The translations under genes and the position numbers were made by a program. The notes under the pieces were generated by a model. That model was given only the letters and a program-made list of their open reading frames with translations. It did no database searches and had not been told where the DNA came from. Below, one piece after another: positions 1 to 16,211 of a stretch of DNA of 64,000 bases (positions within the stretch are counted from its first letter, which is position 1; every line of letters starts with the position of its first letter). The DNA comes from Trichoplax sp. H2 (taxonomy: Eukaryota), in assembly GCA_003344405.1 (NCBI GenBank), contig NOWV01000003.1:124001-188000 (forward strand), given 5' to 3'.

Positions 1-3560
<3,560 letters not shown>

Positions 3561-3758
3561 AGCCGCAGAATACGTACACCAGCAATTTATTAGGATTAGA
3601 ACCTATACGAACCTGGACGCATGAAATTTAGGCCAACGTCACTGCTGACAGCCCGAAAAACACGATGGATACGTATCACTCGAAGTACAGTAAGTAAGTA
3701 CACTGTGATAATGTGATCAATGATATGAATTTCGTTTGTTCAACTATACTAAAATTGA

Positions 3759-4050
3759 GTACTGTACTGTACCGTAAGTTCACTACAGTACCATACTGTA
3801 CTGTACAGTACAGTACTCAGGAATCAAGAAGAAGTCAGTTGCAGTACAGTGTAGTACGCAACGTACGGTACAGTATACAGTAGTGTACTGTACAGTACTG
3901 TACAGTACTGTACACGTCTCTCAATACAGTATTTTTCTCCTTCTGTAAAGTACTGTACACTGTACTGTACTGTACAGTACAGTACTGTACAGTATACAGT
4001 AGTACGGTTAATCAATCAATTTCTTTAATGTACTGTACAGTACAGTACTA
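3759..4050. repeat. (CAGTA/TACTG)n pentamer array upstream of UBE2D
   Basis: Dense tactg/cagta units switching strand at TGTACA/AGTACT palindromes; further patches near 4490-4745. Confidence 0.9.
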
Positions 4051-4922
4051 TACGTACATTAAAATCGAAAATTCTAGTAGATTACGAGGCTTTCAAAGGC
4101 TTTTTATGAAATGAAAAAATTGACGAGTCTAGTTCGTGTTACACCTCTGTATCATTCAGTGTACAGTAATGCAGTGATAAACCTATTGTTAATTAAAGAA
4201 TTCAAAACCGCCTATGGATGCATTGTACAGTACAGTACAATACTGTCTATGTCGATCTACCTCTTCATGTTGAAGATATGTTGATTGGGTTATTTTCCTT
4301 TCAAAATTTATCTTATTAAACATTCTTAGCGATTTCATTTCATTTTATAACTGCAAACTGTATGTACTGTACTGTATATACATTGTAGTAGGATGATACT
4401 ATTGCATGACTACCGTATTGTTATTTTTTACGGGACGGTGTATGCAAAAATCGACTTTTCGTAATTAATCGATGACGTGCTAGACCAAGACTGTGCAGTA
4501 CTGTATAGTACAGTACACTACAGTAACTACTACTGTACTATACGTGCTGGGGGAAACGATACGTCATAGATTGATCTTAACTGTAATTGGTCTTCTTTTC
4601 TTGGAGTAATCATCCCCTACGTGCTGTACAGTACTCTACTGTACAGTACTGTACAGTACAGTACTGCAGCGTGACCCTTTCACGAAATGCTGCTATACTT
4701 AGACTTGAGCCTGTACTGCATGCACTGTACACTGTACAGTAGGCTGTATTGCTGAAAAACGAAACCTTACGCCGAACGAATAATAATTTAGCTAAACTCT
4801 TCAAACTATCGACTATAAAAATTTTTACGAAATTATTTCAGCTAAAATCTAGCGAAGACCAGGGGGAAGTCGAGGAAATTCGGATACCTTAATTAATCTA
4901 ATTCTTTATAGTAGATAGCAAT

Positions 4923-5906
4923 GGTATCGTACAGGATACGGATACAGTAAGTCCAGATACAGTTGTACGGTACAGCGCACGAAGGCCGCTTAGAAGTGTA
5001 CTGTACTGTACGGTACAGAATATAGGCTACACTACTATAAACCATAGTTTTAGATTCACGGTACGCCGAGTACCCTGTACTGTACAACTGTACCTGGATT
5101 TACTCTATCGTATACCGTATGATATCATTGCAATGAACTAATTTGAAGAATGAGATGGAGGCATCCGAATTTCTTCCACCTCACCTTAAAACAGTCTTCG
5201 CTAGATTTTAAACAAGGTAACATCCAAAAAGCAATCATTGTCGGTAGTTTGAAGAGTTGAGCTAGATAATCAGTCGCTCTGCGTGAAGTTTTGTACNNNN
5301 NNNNNNNNNNNNNNNNGGTATCGTACAGGATACGGATACAGTAAGTCCAGGTACAGTTGTTCGGTACAGCGCACGAAGGCCGCTTAGAAGTGTACTGTAC
5401 TGTACGGTACAGAATATAGGCTACACTACTATAAACCATAGTTTTAGATTCACGGTACGCCGAGTACGGTCTGTAATACAGTATATTCTGTTGTACTGTA
5501 TGCAGAGACGTACAACTCACAGTCAAGAAAACTATGTTTATTAAATAAAGACAGAGAGTATAACAAGAGAGAGATGAGGTATAAGCACTACCGTTAGCAA
5601 GAGATGCGCTCATTTATATAGCGATCTCTGAGCCTGTTGACAGGTAAATAGTATAGCGTAAACAGGTTAGATCTACCGTATAGTATATTACTGTACAACT
5701 GTACCTGGATTTACTCTATCGTATACCGTATGATATCATTGCAATGAACTAATTTGAAGAATGAGACGGAGGCATCCGAATTTCTTCCACCTCACCTTAA
5801 AACAGTCTTCGCTAGATTTTAAACAAGGTAACATCCAAAAAACAATCATTGTCGGTAGTTTGAAGAGTTGAGCTAGATAATCAGTCGCTCTGCGTGAAGT
5901 TTTGTA
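4923..5906. other. Duplication across N-gap 5297-5316 (4923-5296 vs 5317-5906), probably uncollapsed haplotypes
   Basis: Near-identical text on both sides of the gap with a few SNPs; the second copy has an extra ~220 bp (~5468-5688). Confidence 0.85.
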
Positions 5907-6105
5907 CAGTACAGTACTGTACTGTACTTCACCAACACACCCTACAGTACGTACTGTACTGTAGACCGATTGTATGTACTGTACTGTACTGTACAGTACA
6001 TACAGTACAGTACAGTAAGTTTGTAACACGATACTGTACTGTACTGTACTGCACTGTACTGTACACTGTACAGTATATACTGCACAGTACAGTACAGTAC
6101 AGTAT
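5903..6105. repeat. (CAGTA/TACTG)n array
   Basis: Runs of gtact/acagt; source of the spurious YSTV/YCTV ORFs in the track. Confidence 0.9.
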
Positions 6106-6628
6106 GGTAGAAGTTACAGTCGGCATTTATCTTTCGTCTGTCTGTAGTAACGTCAGTCATGACCAGGCCAGTCCTGTTTACTGTATTTTCGGCGTCTCCA
6201 TAAAGTTATTTTCGGCAAACGCCAAAATTACCCATAACTTCGTTTACGTCACCGCAATTTCGAATATTGTCCATCTAAATTATACTGACTACTAAGTAGT
6301 ACTGTAGTCTACTGTTGAAGGTTTGTATTACTCAGCATAATGTAAATTATGTCGGACAGTACGTTATACTGTATTGCTGCGTCAACGACTTCCAAGAGAA
6401 ATTCTGTACCCCAGGGAGCAATCTATGAGTCATGACTTTACTGTACTGTATAGTACTGTATACGGTACGCCGTGCAATTGCAGGTTAACACTAATGTTAA
6501 TGCAAGCACAGTACAGTACTGTAAATGTGGCCTCCAGCGTACAAGCAACATGAAAGTAGCTAAAATTAATTGTAATCGTAATTATCTATGCTATATAATG
6601 TAACTAGACTAGATAGTGCCAGCGTAAA

Positions 6629-6681
6629 ACATCTTCTATAGCATATATGTTATATGTGTATATACGCCCGGGTACACTTGT
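6629..6681 (+). mobile_element. Degenerate Helitron 3' terminus
   Basis: tatacgcccgggtacact (6661-6678) is identical to 13875-13892 and both share an upstream acatcttc. Here the end is CTTG rather than CTAG and the hairpin is interrupted by an AT-rich insert. Confidence 0.55.
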
Positions 6682-9357
6682 AAATAAATAATTAATATAT
6701 AATAATACCGTACTGTATAACGCAAAAAAGTAAGCGATTTGCGCTAGTGAATAATGTCTTGCTGGTTAAAGTGATTGAAGATTGGTGATGGATGTTACGA
6801 AGATATCGTTAGAATTACAGTACAGTACTGTCCGTAGTACATTTATCTGAAGTATCATGAATGGGGAAATTCTATTACTGTACTCTAGTTAGAATTCATC
6901 GAGGACTCTTTCTCAGCCTAATAAAAATACTACTGTATATCCACATACTGTACGAGTGTGCTAGTATTTTCAGTAATAATTATATAATTCAGGTAATTTA
7001 TTCATTGTTGCTGTTAGATACTTCCAGATCTAGCTGATACTCTGTTAATTTACTGCACTGACTTATAAAAATAACAATTTGATTTGTGTTAGCTATCCAG
7101 CAGTATAAACCGGTTTAATTAACGAATACGGTATGTACGCATATTCGAAAAAATAGCTAACTTTCTATATATCATGATTACATAGCTTTAGTTAAATGCT
7201 TTAAAATTACCAGTTAAATCAGATAGCTGATAATACTCCAGGTTTATCCTCAGAAGAACTTTGAGTCTGTGACTCGAATATAATTATCGTGATTTGCTTG
7301 ATTGATCGTCTAATCAGTTTTAATTCACTTTGTAGTAATTACGGCACAGAAAGACATAATTCCACATATGCATTCATCGATACAAAATAATATTGTTTTG
7401 CTAAAGTTTTTACGTACGTACGGTAAAATCATTACTACAAGCGACTTCATAGCTTATCTTCCTGATCAATTTGGCTGAATTAGCTCATTTAGTTACTCAA
7501 TTATGTTTTAATAAGCAAGAGATAGTCACGCTTAATCGACCCAGATTGTGTCTAAAACGAGGAACGATGAAAGAATACAATATATAGAAGAGCAAATAAG
7601 CGTTGTAGCGCTTTATTAGTCAAGATCATGTTAGATAGATGTAGTAGAGTTGAGTCATTTAATTTTCTTCAGAGAAGTAGGCATAGAGCCAATGATGTCA
7701 GGTTATCTGTTTTACATTATATGAATACGCTATGAGTTAATTTTAGGTCACAATAAGCTTATTTAAGGCCATACATTCAAGCATGCTCTTTTTGCCTCTA
7801 TTATAGTTCTGAGTTCTGTACTCCTATGTACGCGTCTTTTGCGTACTGATAGTTATAATTATTGAATACGGTTAACTTTCGAAAGTTATCATTTCTCCCA
7901 TGTACACATCGTACGTATGAATACGTGCAAGATGTACGGTATGGTAAACGTTAACTTCTTTAACCACCATATTCGTATATCTAAAATCCGTGCTACCGTA
8001 TTTGATATCGTGATAATTTTATAGTATACACGTATATCTACTATTTTTTCGCTTTATATGGGTTACAGCATAACCCTTTCTTTAAATATGAAAATGAAAC
8101 CGTAATATCGATGCTGCAGAGTTTATACGCACGCCGTTGTTTGAGGAAATTTGATTAATAAATTACAAATATATGAATTATATATTAGTCACTTCTTTTG
8201 CGGTCCCATCCTGCATTTCGGTAACCCTCAATCACCGACAGGTGATAAAAATAAATCAAGACGAAACCAAATTAAGCCGTTAAAGGACAATAGATTGTAA
8301 ATATTTTTAATGCCGAGATTAAGTTAATAAGCTGAAATAACGGTGCGCTATAAACAATACGTGTATTATAATTAAGACTTCTATTATTTTTGAGACATTC
8401 GAATATTAAAAAATATCCGGTCGCTTTATGCGGTTGTTTTAGTCGGCCAAGCTTTATCTCACACGATTGCACTGTAATGCCGTAGCGTCGTACCTGGTAT
8501 TTAGTTTCTAACTCTTATAAACCTCACGTAACTGAGTTTACAAGACGATTAGCTATTAATTTCGTGATAGACTAATTTCCTCCATACAACGTCATAACCA
8601 ATCATTAGTCTGTATTGGTTATGCCTAATCTGATATAATTTTTATGAAGAGCTAGCTATTTTCACACACATTCAACACCACAGTTAATTGATTAATCATA
8701 CCACAGAAGATGAATATCACAACGAAGATACGCGTATAATGATAATATTATATTGTGCTATACAACCTGTCGACATTAAAATAGCGATGGAATACGTAGA
8801 ACTAAACAAAGTTTATAATTTTTTGATAGCATCAATCATTCCTTATAATTACAATATTGAAAGCATAATAGAATAGATTACAAGTGTCGCTGTAATATAT
8901 CTATTCAAAGAGCTGTTTTCTTCGAGAGATAAATTTCTTATTATTTAAGTATCCAGTTAAGGTATACGATATTTAATGTGCCTTTCCTGCTTTTCGGCGA
9001 AGATAAAGCAAGAATTACTTGTAAATTAATTACTTACTAATTAGTAACGAAACCTTTCAATTTTAATTCATAAAGAAACTAAAATTTTAAGAGTGATTTA
9101 AAGGTAAATGTACATTGTACAGTAGTTATGCTCACCAAAGTATAGGCAAATACGGCATTTCGCAAAATTTGAATTTCGATTTATAGAATGAAGAATTTTA
9201 ATTTTATCATATGTAAGAATATATAATTCTATAAATCAAAATTACGGTTCTAAGCGCCAGCTGCTAATAGGAATTGCACATGAAAATGTCAAAGTTAAAA
9301 CATGGATATTAATTTGATTAATAATATATAGCATAATTAATTAGCAAATAGATTAAT

Positions 9358-10542
9358 ATTACAGTACAGCGACTCTAATTGTCGTATCACTCAACTGATT
9401 TATATTTATATATATTATCATTCTACAGTATCAAACAATTACAGAATATTTACAAAGTCAAAATCCTCAACTATGATGATTACGCGTTTTGTTATAATAA
9501 TTGCAATCCATCCATTATTTACATTGTACATAAATTGGCGAAAATGTCATACGAGTAGATGCCGATATCCCAAAATATTAAAAATTGTTTACAATATAGA
9601 GATTTAAGCTATCTAACGTTGTCGATCGTGCACATTGTGTCACAGTTTTAGAATTGCTATTGTTAAGATGCTAGAATCACTGTAGTGTTTTATTTTACTT
9701 GCCGTACACAGAAAATTATCTTGATATTCTGATTGCTTTTAGTAGTAATCTTACGGAGATTGTGGTAGAGTATGCAGGTCAAATAATTATAATATAATTG
9801 AAAGATCGCCTGATGTCAGCAAAAGGTATATAACCCAGTATAAATTAGAATATGTTTGTTCATTTATACGTAATGCATCATTAACACAATCGAGGTCCAA
9901 ATCACCTGCCGTCACGAATAATGTAACAAACCAAGTATACAACAGAAACTTTAACTTTTGTCTGTAAGTGGATACGTATGCAAACATACAGAAACAGCAG
10001 TAACATGGTCAGAATGAATAGAAATATGGTGACTAAACAGTATCGCAGATTCGGTTNNNNNNNNNNNNNNNNNNNNATTACAGTACAGCGACTCTAATTG
10101 TCGTATCACTTAACTGATTTATATTTATATATATTATCATTTCTACAGTATCAAACAATTACAGAATACTTACAAAGTCAAAATCCTCAACTATGATGAT
10201 TACGCGTTTTGTTATAGTAATTGCAATCCATCCATTATTTACATTGTACATAGAGTATGCAGGTCAAATAATTATAATATAATTGAAAGATCGCCTGATG
10301 TCAGCAAAAGGTATATAACCCAGTATAAATTAGAATATGTTTATTCATTTATACGTAATGCATCATTAACACAATCGAGGTCCAAATCACCTGCCGTCAC
10401 GAATAATGTAACAAACCAAGTATACAACAGAAACTTTAACTTTTGTCTGTAAGTGGATACGTATGCAAACATACAGAAACAGCAGTAACATGGTCAGAAT
10501 GAATAGAAATATGGTGACTAAACAGTATCGCAGATTCGGTTA
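9358..10542. other. Duplication across N-gap 10037-10056 (9358-10036 vs 10057-10542), probably haplotypes
   Basis: Near-identical copies; the first has an extra 235 bp (9533-9767) bounded by TA. Confidence 0.85.
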
Positions 10543-12037
10543 TTTTTATTAACTGTAAATATAATAATTTTATCTAGAATGAATTTCTTCAAGATTCTAT
10601 TGAATTTTGGAATCGAGGTAAGCCCATGTATTACGGTAACAAAATATAGCATATAGTAGCACTGCAGGGTAAAACTTGCAAACTAGGAATGCACTAATTG
10701 AAGTCGTGGTTTACTACAGCATATGTATGCTAATTTAATGGAAAATTAATAAATGCGAGTGCACTAAAGTCCTAAAGACGTGCAAGTAAAGCTTTGCAAG
10801 TTTGTTTTCAACACTGTACAATACGGCACATTAGATCATCCGGAAATGCCGGCAGTAATAAATTATGTCGCAGTACAGTATAACACGATCTGAACAAGGT
10901 GTTCTACATTTGATAGTGATTTATACTACTATAATGACGGTAATTAATGTTAGTTTTGGCAGATCTGATAGATAAGTAGGACTACTATACCTTCCAATGC
11001 AATGTACTACAGCTTAAGGCTATCTGATAATAATTGCCTACAATAAAATACAAACTTATGCAGTAGACATACGGTAGACAGTATTTAGTTGCACGTCAAT
11101 GCAACTTGGCACCTTTACTTACTATCTAGCAGAATTATTATATTGCTGTACGTAGGATTAAGATTACGAAAATATACGTATAGGCGTCTTTACAAAACGG
11201 TAAGATTGACTATATTATCTAATCCTCGGCTTGAAGTACACCACTAAAACTTAACAACAGTTATCGGTGGATATCGGCAGTTTTAGCGACTTAGCAACAA
11301 TATGAGTCTTCATGTAATAAAATTATGGTACTTGTATAAAGTACGAGTATAAATGACACGAGCCTATAGTATTGTAATTAAGGACTGTTATTAGTTACTA
11401 AATATAAGATTTTTGACAGAAAGATTTTTAGTATAATTAAATGATCCTGAATTATTAAGTGACATTATGTTTATTTACCCAGCTTTAAGTCTTCATTCCT
11501 TAAATAATTTTAACATAGATTTTTGTATGATTAAGATCTAAAAGAGACAAAATATTTGAGTATCGCATAATTCGTATTTATTTACGAATTATTATTAAAT
11601 AAATAATTTATTAACCATATTTTAATCACCTGCTTCCAGTGTAAATTAAATTCTATGTTCTACTCAGTTTTTTTGCTTCCTTACCTGTAATACATGGCAT
11701 CTGTCTCAGTTCCCACAGAATATGAAAATGCCTGATTACCTACAGCATTTACAAGAGCACCTTTGGTAATAGTGGTTTGTTAATATCGGATTTATCAATT
11801 TATATATGATATGTACACACTGTACACATTACGTGGACAAACTCTTAAAACATCTGTATGGACTGTTATTCTAACATTGCTTATAAATAGCTCACTAATG
11901 TTGATACTTAATCAGCATACGATTTAATGTTAAGTATTGATGACTGCCAAGAATTCGTATGAGTAGGTCTCAGTCCCCATCGTGACGCATTGTTAGCCGC
12001 TATTACAGATTTAGTAAATCACAGATAACTCGAAGTA

Positions 12038-13480
12038 ATGCCTCACTCAGGTATGGTCATTTTGAGATAATAATTTCTTCTTTGGATTAGGTATAACGCA
12101 GATAGATCTTTATGGTCGAAGCCTTTTGATGTACGCAAGTTATGCGGAATGTAGAGGTGAAAGCTATAAACGAACTATCCTAACTGATATTACTAATTTT
12201 ACAGGCCAAGGTGGAGTGAATCAACTCGGTGGTGTATTCATAAACGGCCGTCCATTGCCTAACTATATTCGTAGTAGAATAGTTGATTTAGCAAAAAACG
12301 GCGTAAGACCGTGTGATATATCTCGTAGGCTTTTGGTTTCTCACGGATGCGTAAGCAAAATATTAGGACGTTATTATGAAACAGGATCAGTTCGCCCTGG
12401 TACAATTGGAGGAAGTAAACCTAAAGTAGCAACACCGACAGTGGTAGCAAAGATAGAACAGTTTAAGCATGAGAACCCAAGCATATTTGCCTGGGAAATC
12501 AGAGAAAAGCTAATAAACGAAAAAGTGTGCAAAGATGAAACAGTTCCAAGTGTGAGTTCTATTAACAGGGTATTGCGACATCGAGCCATTGAAAAGGCTG
12601 CAGCTTCAGGTCTTGCTTTATACAGGGGTCAATCAGTTCATCCTTACCATCATACATACTGGAGAATACCAAATATCGCTACGTCGCAGAATAAGTATTA
12701 CCGCTCGGATACAAACTACGCGCCTACAGAAAGTACTAAAAGTATGCCTTATTAATTGATAAGTTAATACCTATACTACCTATTAGTGTAGATAATGATA
12801 GTGCGATATAATCACTTTAACTGAGGGTATTTAATTTCTTAGAAACCGCCCTTAAAGCTAATGAAACAAACAAACCTCGCCGTAATAGAACTACATTCAC
12901 TGGTAAGCAATTAGAAGAATTAGAAAAGGCATTTCAGATAAATCAATATCCCGAGGTGAATTCTAGAGAGGATTTAGCAAAACAAGTAGCCTTATCCGAA
13001 GCTCGCGTACAGGTATTGCTATTATGATGGAAATTTAACATTAGTAACTAGCGCCTTGACCTACTTAGCTTAATTTTACCTACTTTCTAACAATAGGTCT
13101 GGTTTTCGAATCGTCGTGCAAAATGGCGACGAGCTCAAAGGCTTCATGAATTACAATATTATTCTCATCAACAACTGCTATCCAGTTCATCCTGTTCGGC
13201 AACTTCATGCTCTATGCCAGTTAGCCTGAGCCAAAGTTCTACCGGATGTCTAGAACCAAGAAAACATTCACTAACACATAATAACTGTATTAAGTACACA
13301 CCAAGTTTTCCCAGTATGGCATATGCGAATACTACGTCATCTGTAATACCAAATTTCTTACCAGTGGTTACGCAAATCAGAAACAACTTTCAAGCTAACA
13401 ATTTATTACGTTGCGAACCTTCAGCATTTATCAGTACTTACAGCGATTCCTGTGTGCGTATTTTAAAGGATAAGTCTTGA
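12038..13480 (+). CDS. Pax: Pax transcription factor with paired domain and complete paired-type homeodomain (PaxA/C-Poxn-like paired domain)
   Basis: Exons 12038-12050 (MPHS), 12205-12741 ([19 protein letters not shown]...[11 protein letters not shown]), 12843-13012 ([20 protein letters not shown]...LSEARVQ), 13097-13480 ([12 protein letters not shown] then an S/T-rich tail). Ser50 homeodomain, canonical intron between Q46 and V47, no recognisable octapeptide. Subfamily assignment is tentative. Confidence 0.95.
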
Positions 13481-13853
13481 ACTATCTAGGAATAGCGCAT
13501 TATCAGTAGATCCATTAATAATTGCGTCTAAATTATTTATCAGTGGAATGATAACGACCAAACGTATTTGTTTCGGTTGTATAAATTACAATGCATTATA
13601 ATTACAGCTAAGAAATGAATTCATTAAATCTGAGAAGTTACACTATTTTAATGTTAGGAAGTAACTCCGCAATGCACATGGCTCATAGCCATAGATGCTT
13701 TAATCGTACAATACAGTAAAAAGATTTTGTGTTTGTGCACATTACAGTACATACTCAGTCCAATATATGAGCAAAATAAAGAAAGGAAAGATTAGTAAAA
13801 AGTACAAGTAAAATACGCGAGTACAGTATAATACGAGCGATGAGTGTACTAGA

Positions 13854-13895
13854 CATCTTCAATGAGCGTATCCGTATACGCCCGGGTACACTAGT
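13854..13895 (+). mobile_element. Helitron 3' terminus (hairpin followed by CTAG|T)
   Basis: Stem gcgtat(13866-71), loop ccgt, atacgc(13876-81), then ccgggtaca, CTAG at 13891-94 followed by T: the canonical Helitron end. Confidence 0.7.
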
Positions 13896-14853
13896 ATAAA
13901 TTAATAAATATAGCCATTTACAATGTACGAGTATTTAGGCAATTTCCGCATATTCAGCATGAGCGAAATACTGTATCCGATAATGTTAATGCCCAATCCA
14001 TAGTGCAATAAGAAACGCAGTTAATACTATAATTAACGTCATGCTAGCATTCGCGAAGACCTCTAAATAAATAGAAAATAAAAACTTTACGCGATACGAA
14101 TAGCATGTTTAAACTACAGTAATTGATTGAATTATGTAAGAAGCGAGCTTGTACTGAATTATTATAAAGTACTATGTAACTAGAAACTGTACAGTGTACA
14201 CTCTCCATTGTAAACTAAATTATGCAAGATAATCATTTGAATTATGCACTACATCGGCATCTAGAAATAACACTTCATTCAAATTACTGTACTTAAATAA
14301 AATAATTTGAAACAAACGTAATTTACCTCTTTTACTATTTCGATTATGCAATATGCTCAGATGATTGTGTAACAGCTAAACTGGAGCAATTTGGCTCATA
14401 AGTACCGGATATAATCATACGCTCTCCAAGACTATACAACTTCGTAAATATAACATATATTTATAATCTTGAACGAAATTCAGAGACTACATACTGAATA
14501 ATTTTTACAAATTCTGAATTAGTGAATTTCAGTGCATGAAAATATATTGTAAATAGTCACCTGGAAGTATTAATCACTAGTAGGATATAAAGGAAAGCAA
14601 GACGATTAAATGTATCAGTTCCTTAACACGAAAACTTTATTTGCAGTTAATAAAACTTTTTAAGATTGAAGGTGTCTATTAATGTTAGTAGTGCTCTGCA
14701 TATTCGTGCAATACATATTTATAAATAAATATATATGTATATGCAGTATAGTAGTGTACACTGTACAATATTGCCCCTAACAAGGATGTATGAGCAATTC
14801 GGGATCCAAAAAATTTAGTTTTATACTCGGACAGGTATGATAAATTCGGCATT

Positions 14854-16211
14854 CATGACGTTATCGTACTATGCCTTTTAAAATAGAATTTTATTTACTG
14901 CTCAATGGCGAGTTGGTGTTGTGCATCATATGCTTGTTTAGTTTATTTTCCTGATATTGAGGCAAAGATGTTCATATAACAAAGTACTGTATAATTGAGC
15001 GTAACTTGTCTCACTCTAGTCACCTTATAATAAGATTAACATATTCTCATAGATAAATTAAGGTTAAAAAGTCGATAGAGGGGTGCACTTTACCGTCGGA
15101 CAGCTGAATAGCAGTGCTTTAAAAAAGTTCAATACCATGCAAAACGTGCAGTACCTAAGGTACGGTGATCGAATCAGACTTTAAAAGGGATCTATACTGC
15201 ACATTAGTGTACAGTACGTCACAGTACGTGGCGCGTATTTCAGTCCGTCAAAAACAAATGGCCGAATTTAGAATATCTGTTGGACGTTGCGTTGCATAAA
15301 TTTTGCGCGAGTATTTAAAGTGTGTAATTTGACAAAATTTTTAAATATTATCGGTGCATAATAGTTGACATCTCAGTTGAGAGGAGAGGGGGTAAGCAAT
15401 GATTCAAACAACTTTTGCTATTCTCGTATAGTCTACTGTGCTGTACTTACATCAGACTACTTTCAATAAAGTAGCGTGTCCGAAAGAATCCTAAGATTTT
15501 ATGTTTACTAGCTCATTTCGTTCCTAAACTCATTCTCGGTATTAGCAAAATCGAACCAGCTCTCTCACCTCCAATCAGGCTAGCCNNNNNNNNNNNNNNN
15601 NNNNNCATGACGTTATCGTACTATGCCTTTTAAAATAGAATTTTATTTACTGCTCAATGGCGAGTTGGTGTTGTGCATCATATGCTTGTTAGTTTATTTT
15701 CCTGATATTGAGGCAAAGATGTTCATATAACAAAGTACTGTACTGTATAATTGAGCGTAACTTGTCTCACTCTAGTCACCTTATAATAAGATTAACATAT
15801 TCTCATAGATAAATTAGGGTTAAAAAGTCGATAGAGGGATGCACTTTACCGTCGGACAACTGAATAGCAGTGCTTTAAAAAGGTTCAATACCATACAAAA
15901 CGTGCAGTACCTAAAGGTACGGTGATCGAATCAGACTTTAAAAGGGATCTATACTGCACATACTATACGCTGGTTTATATTAAGCATACGGTACCACCTC
16001 AAAATTTCCATTTTTATCTTTATAGCTATATACTGTACAGTGTACAGTAGACCATACTCTACTGTACTGTACTTACATCAGACTACTTTCAATAAAGTAG
16101 CGTGTCCGAAAGAATCCTAAGATTTTATGTTTTCTAGCTCATTTCGTTCCTAAACTCATTCTCGGTATTAGCAAAAGCGAACCAGCTCTCTCACCTCCAA
16201 TCAGGCTAGCC
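14854..16211. other. Duplication across N-gap 15586-15605 (14854-15585 vs 15606-16211), probably haplotypes
   Basis: Shared flanks, but unrelated middle segments (~15205-15432 vs ~15962-16058). Confidence 0.85.

Noticed and set aside
5736..6295. ORFs rich in YSTV/YCTV/TVQY (also at 3824-4015, 50578-51169, 62701-63702)
   Set aside because: Translations of the CAGTA pentamer repeat, which lacks stop codons; not proteins.
9533..9767. 235-bp allele-specific segment flanked by TA, possible Tc1/mariner MITE
   Set aside because: No terminal inverted repeats; fits a deletion at a 2-bp microhomology.
10665..10816. Imperfect inverted ends (cagggtaaaacttgcaaa / tttgcaagtttgttttcaacactg) suggesting a hAT-type MITE
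   Set aside because: Short gapped match, no 8-bp target-site duplication, no second copy in the window.
12374..12589. Antisense ORFs over Pax, PKG exon 1, ARPC4 and the GPCR
   Set aside because: Shadow frames of real coding exons.
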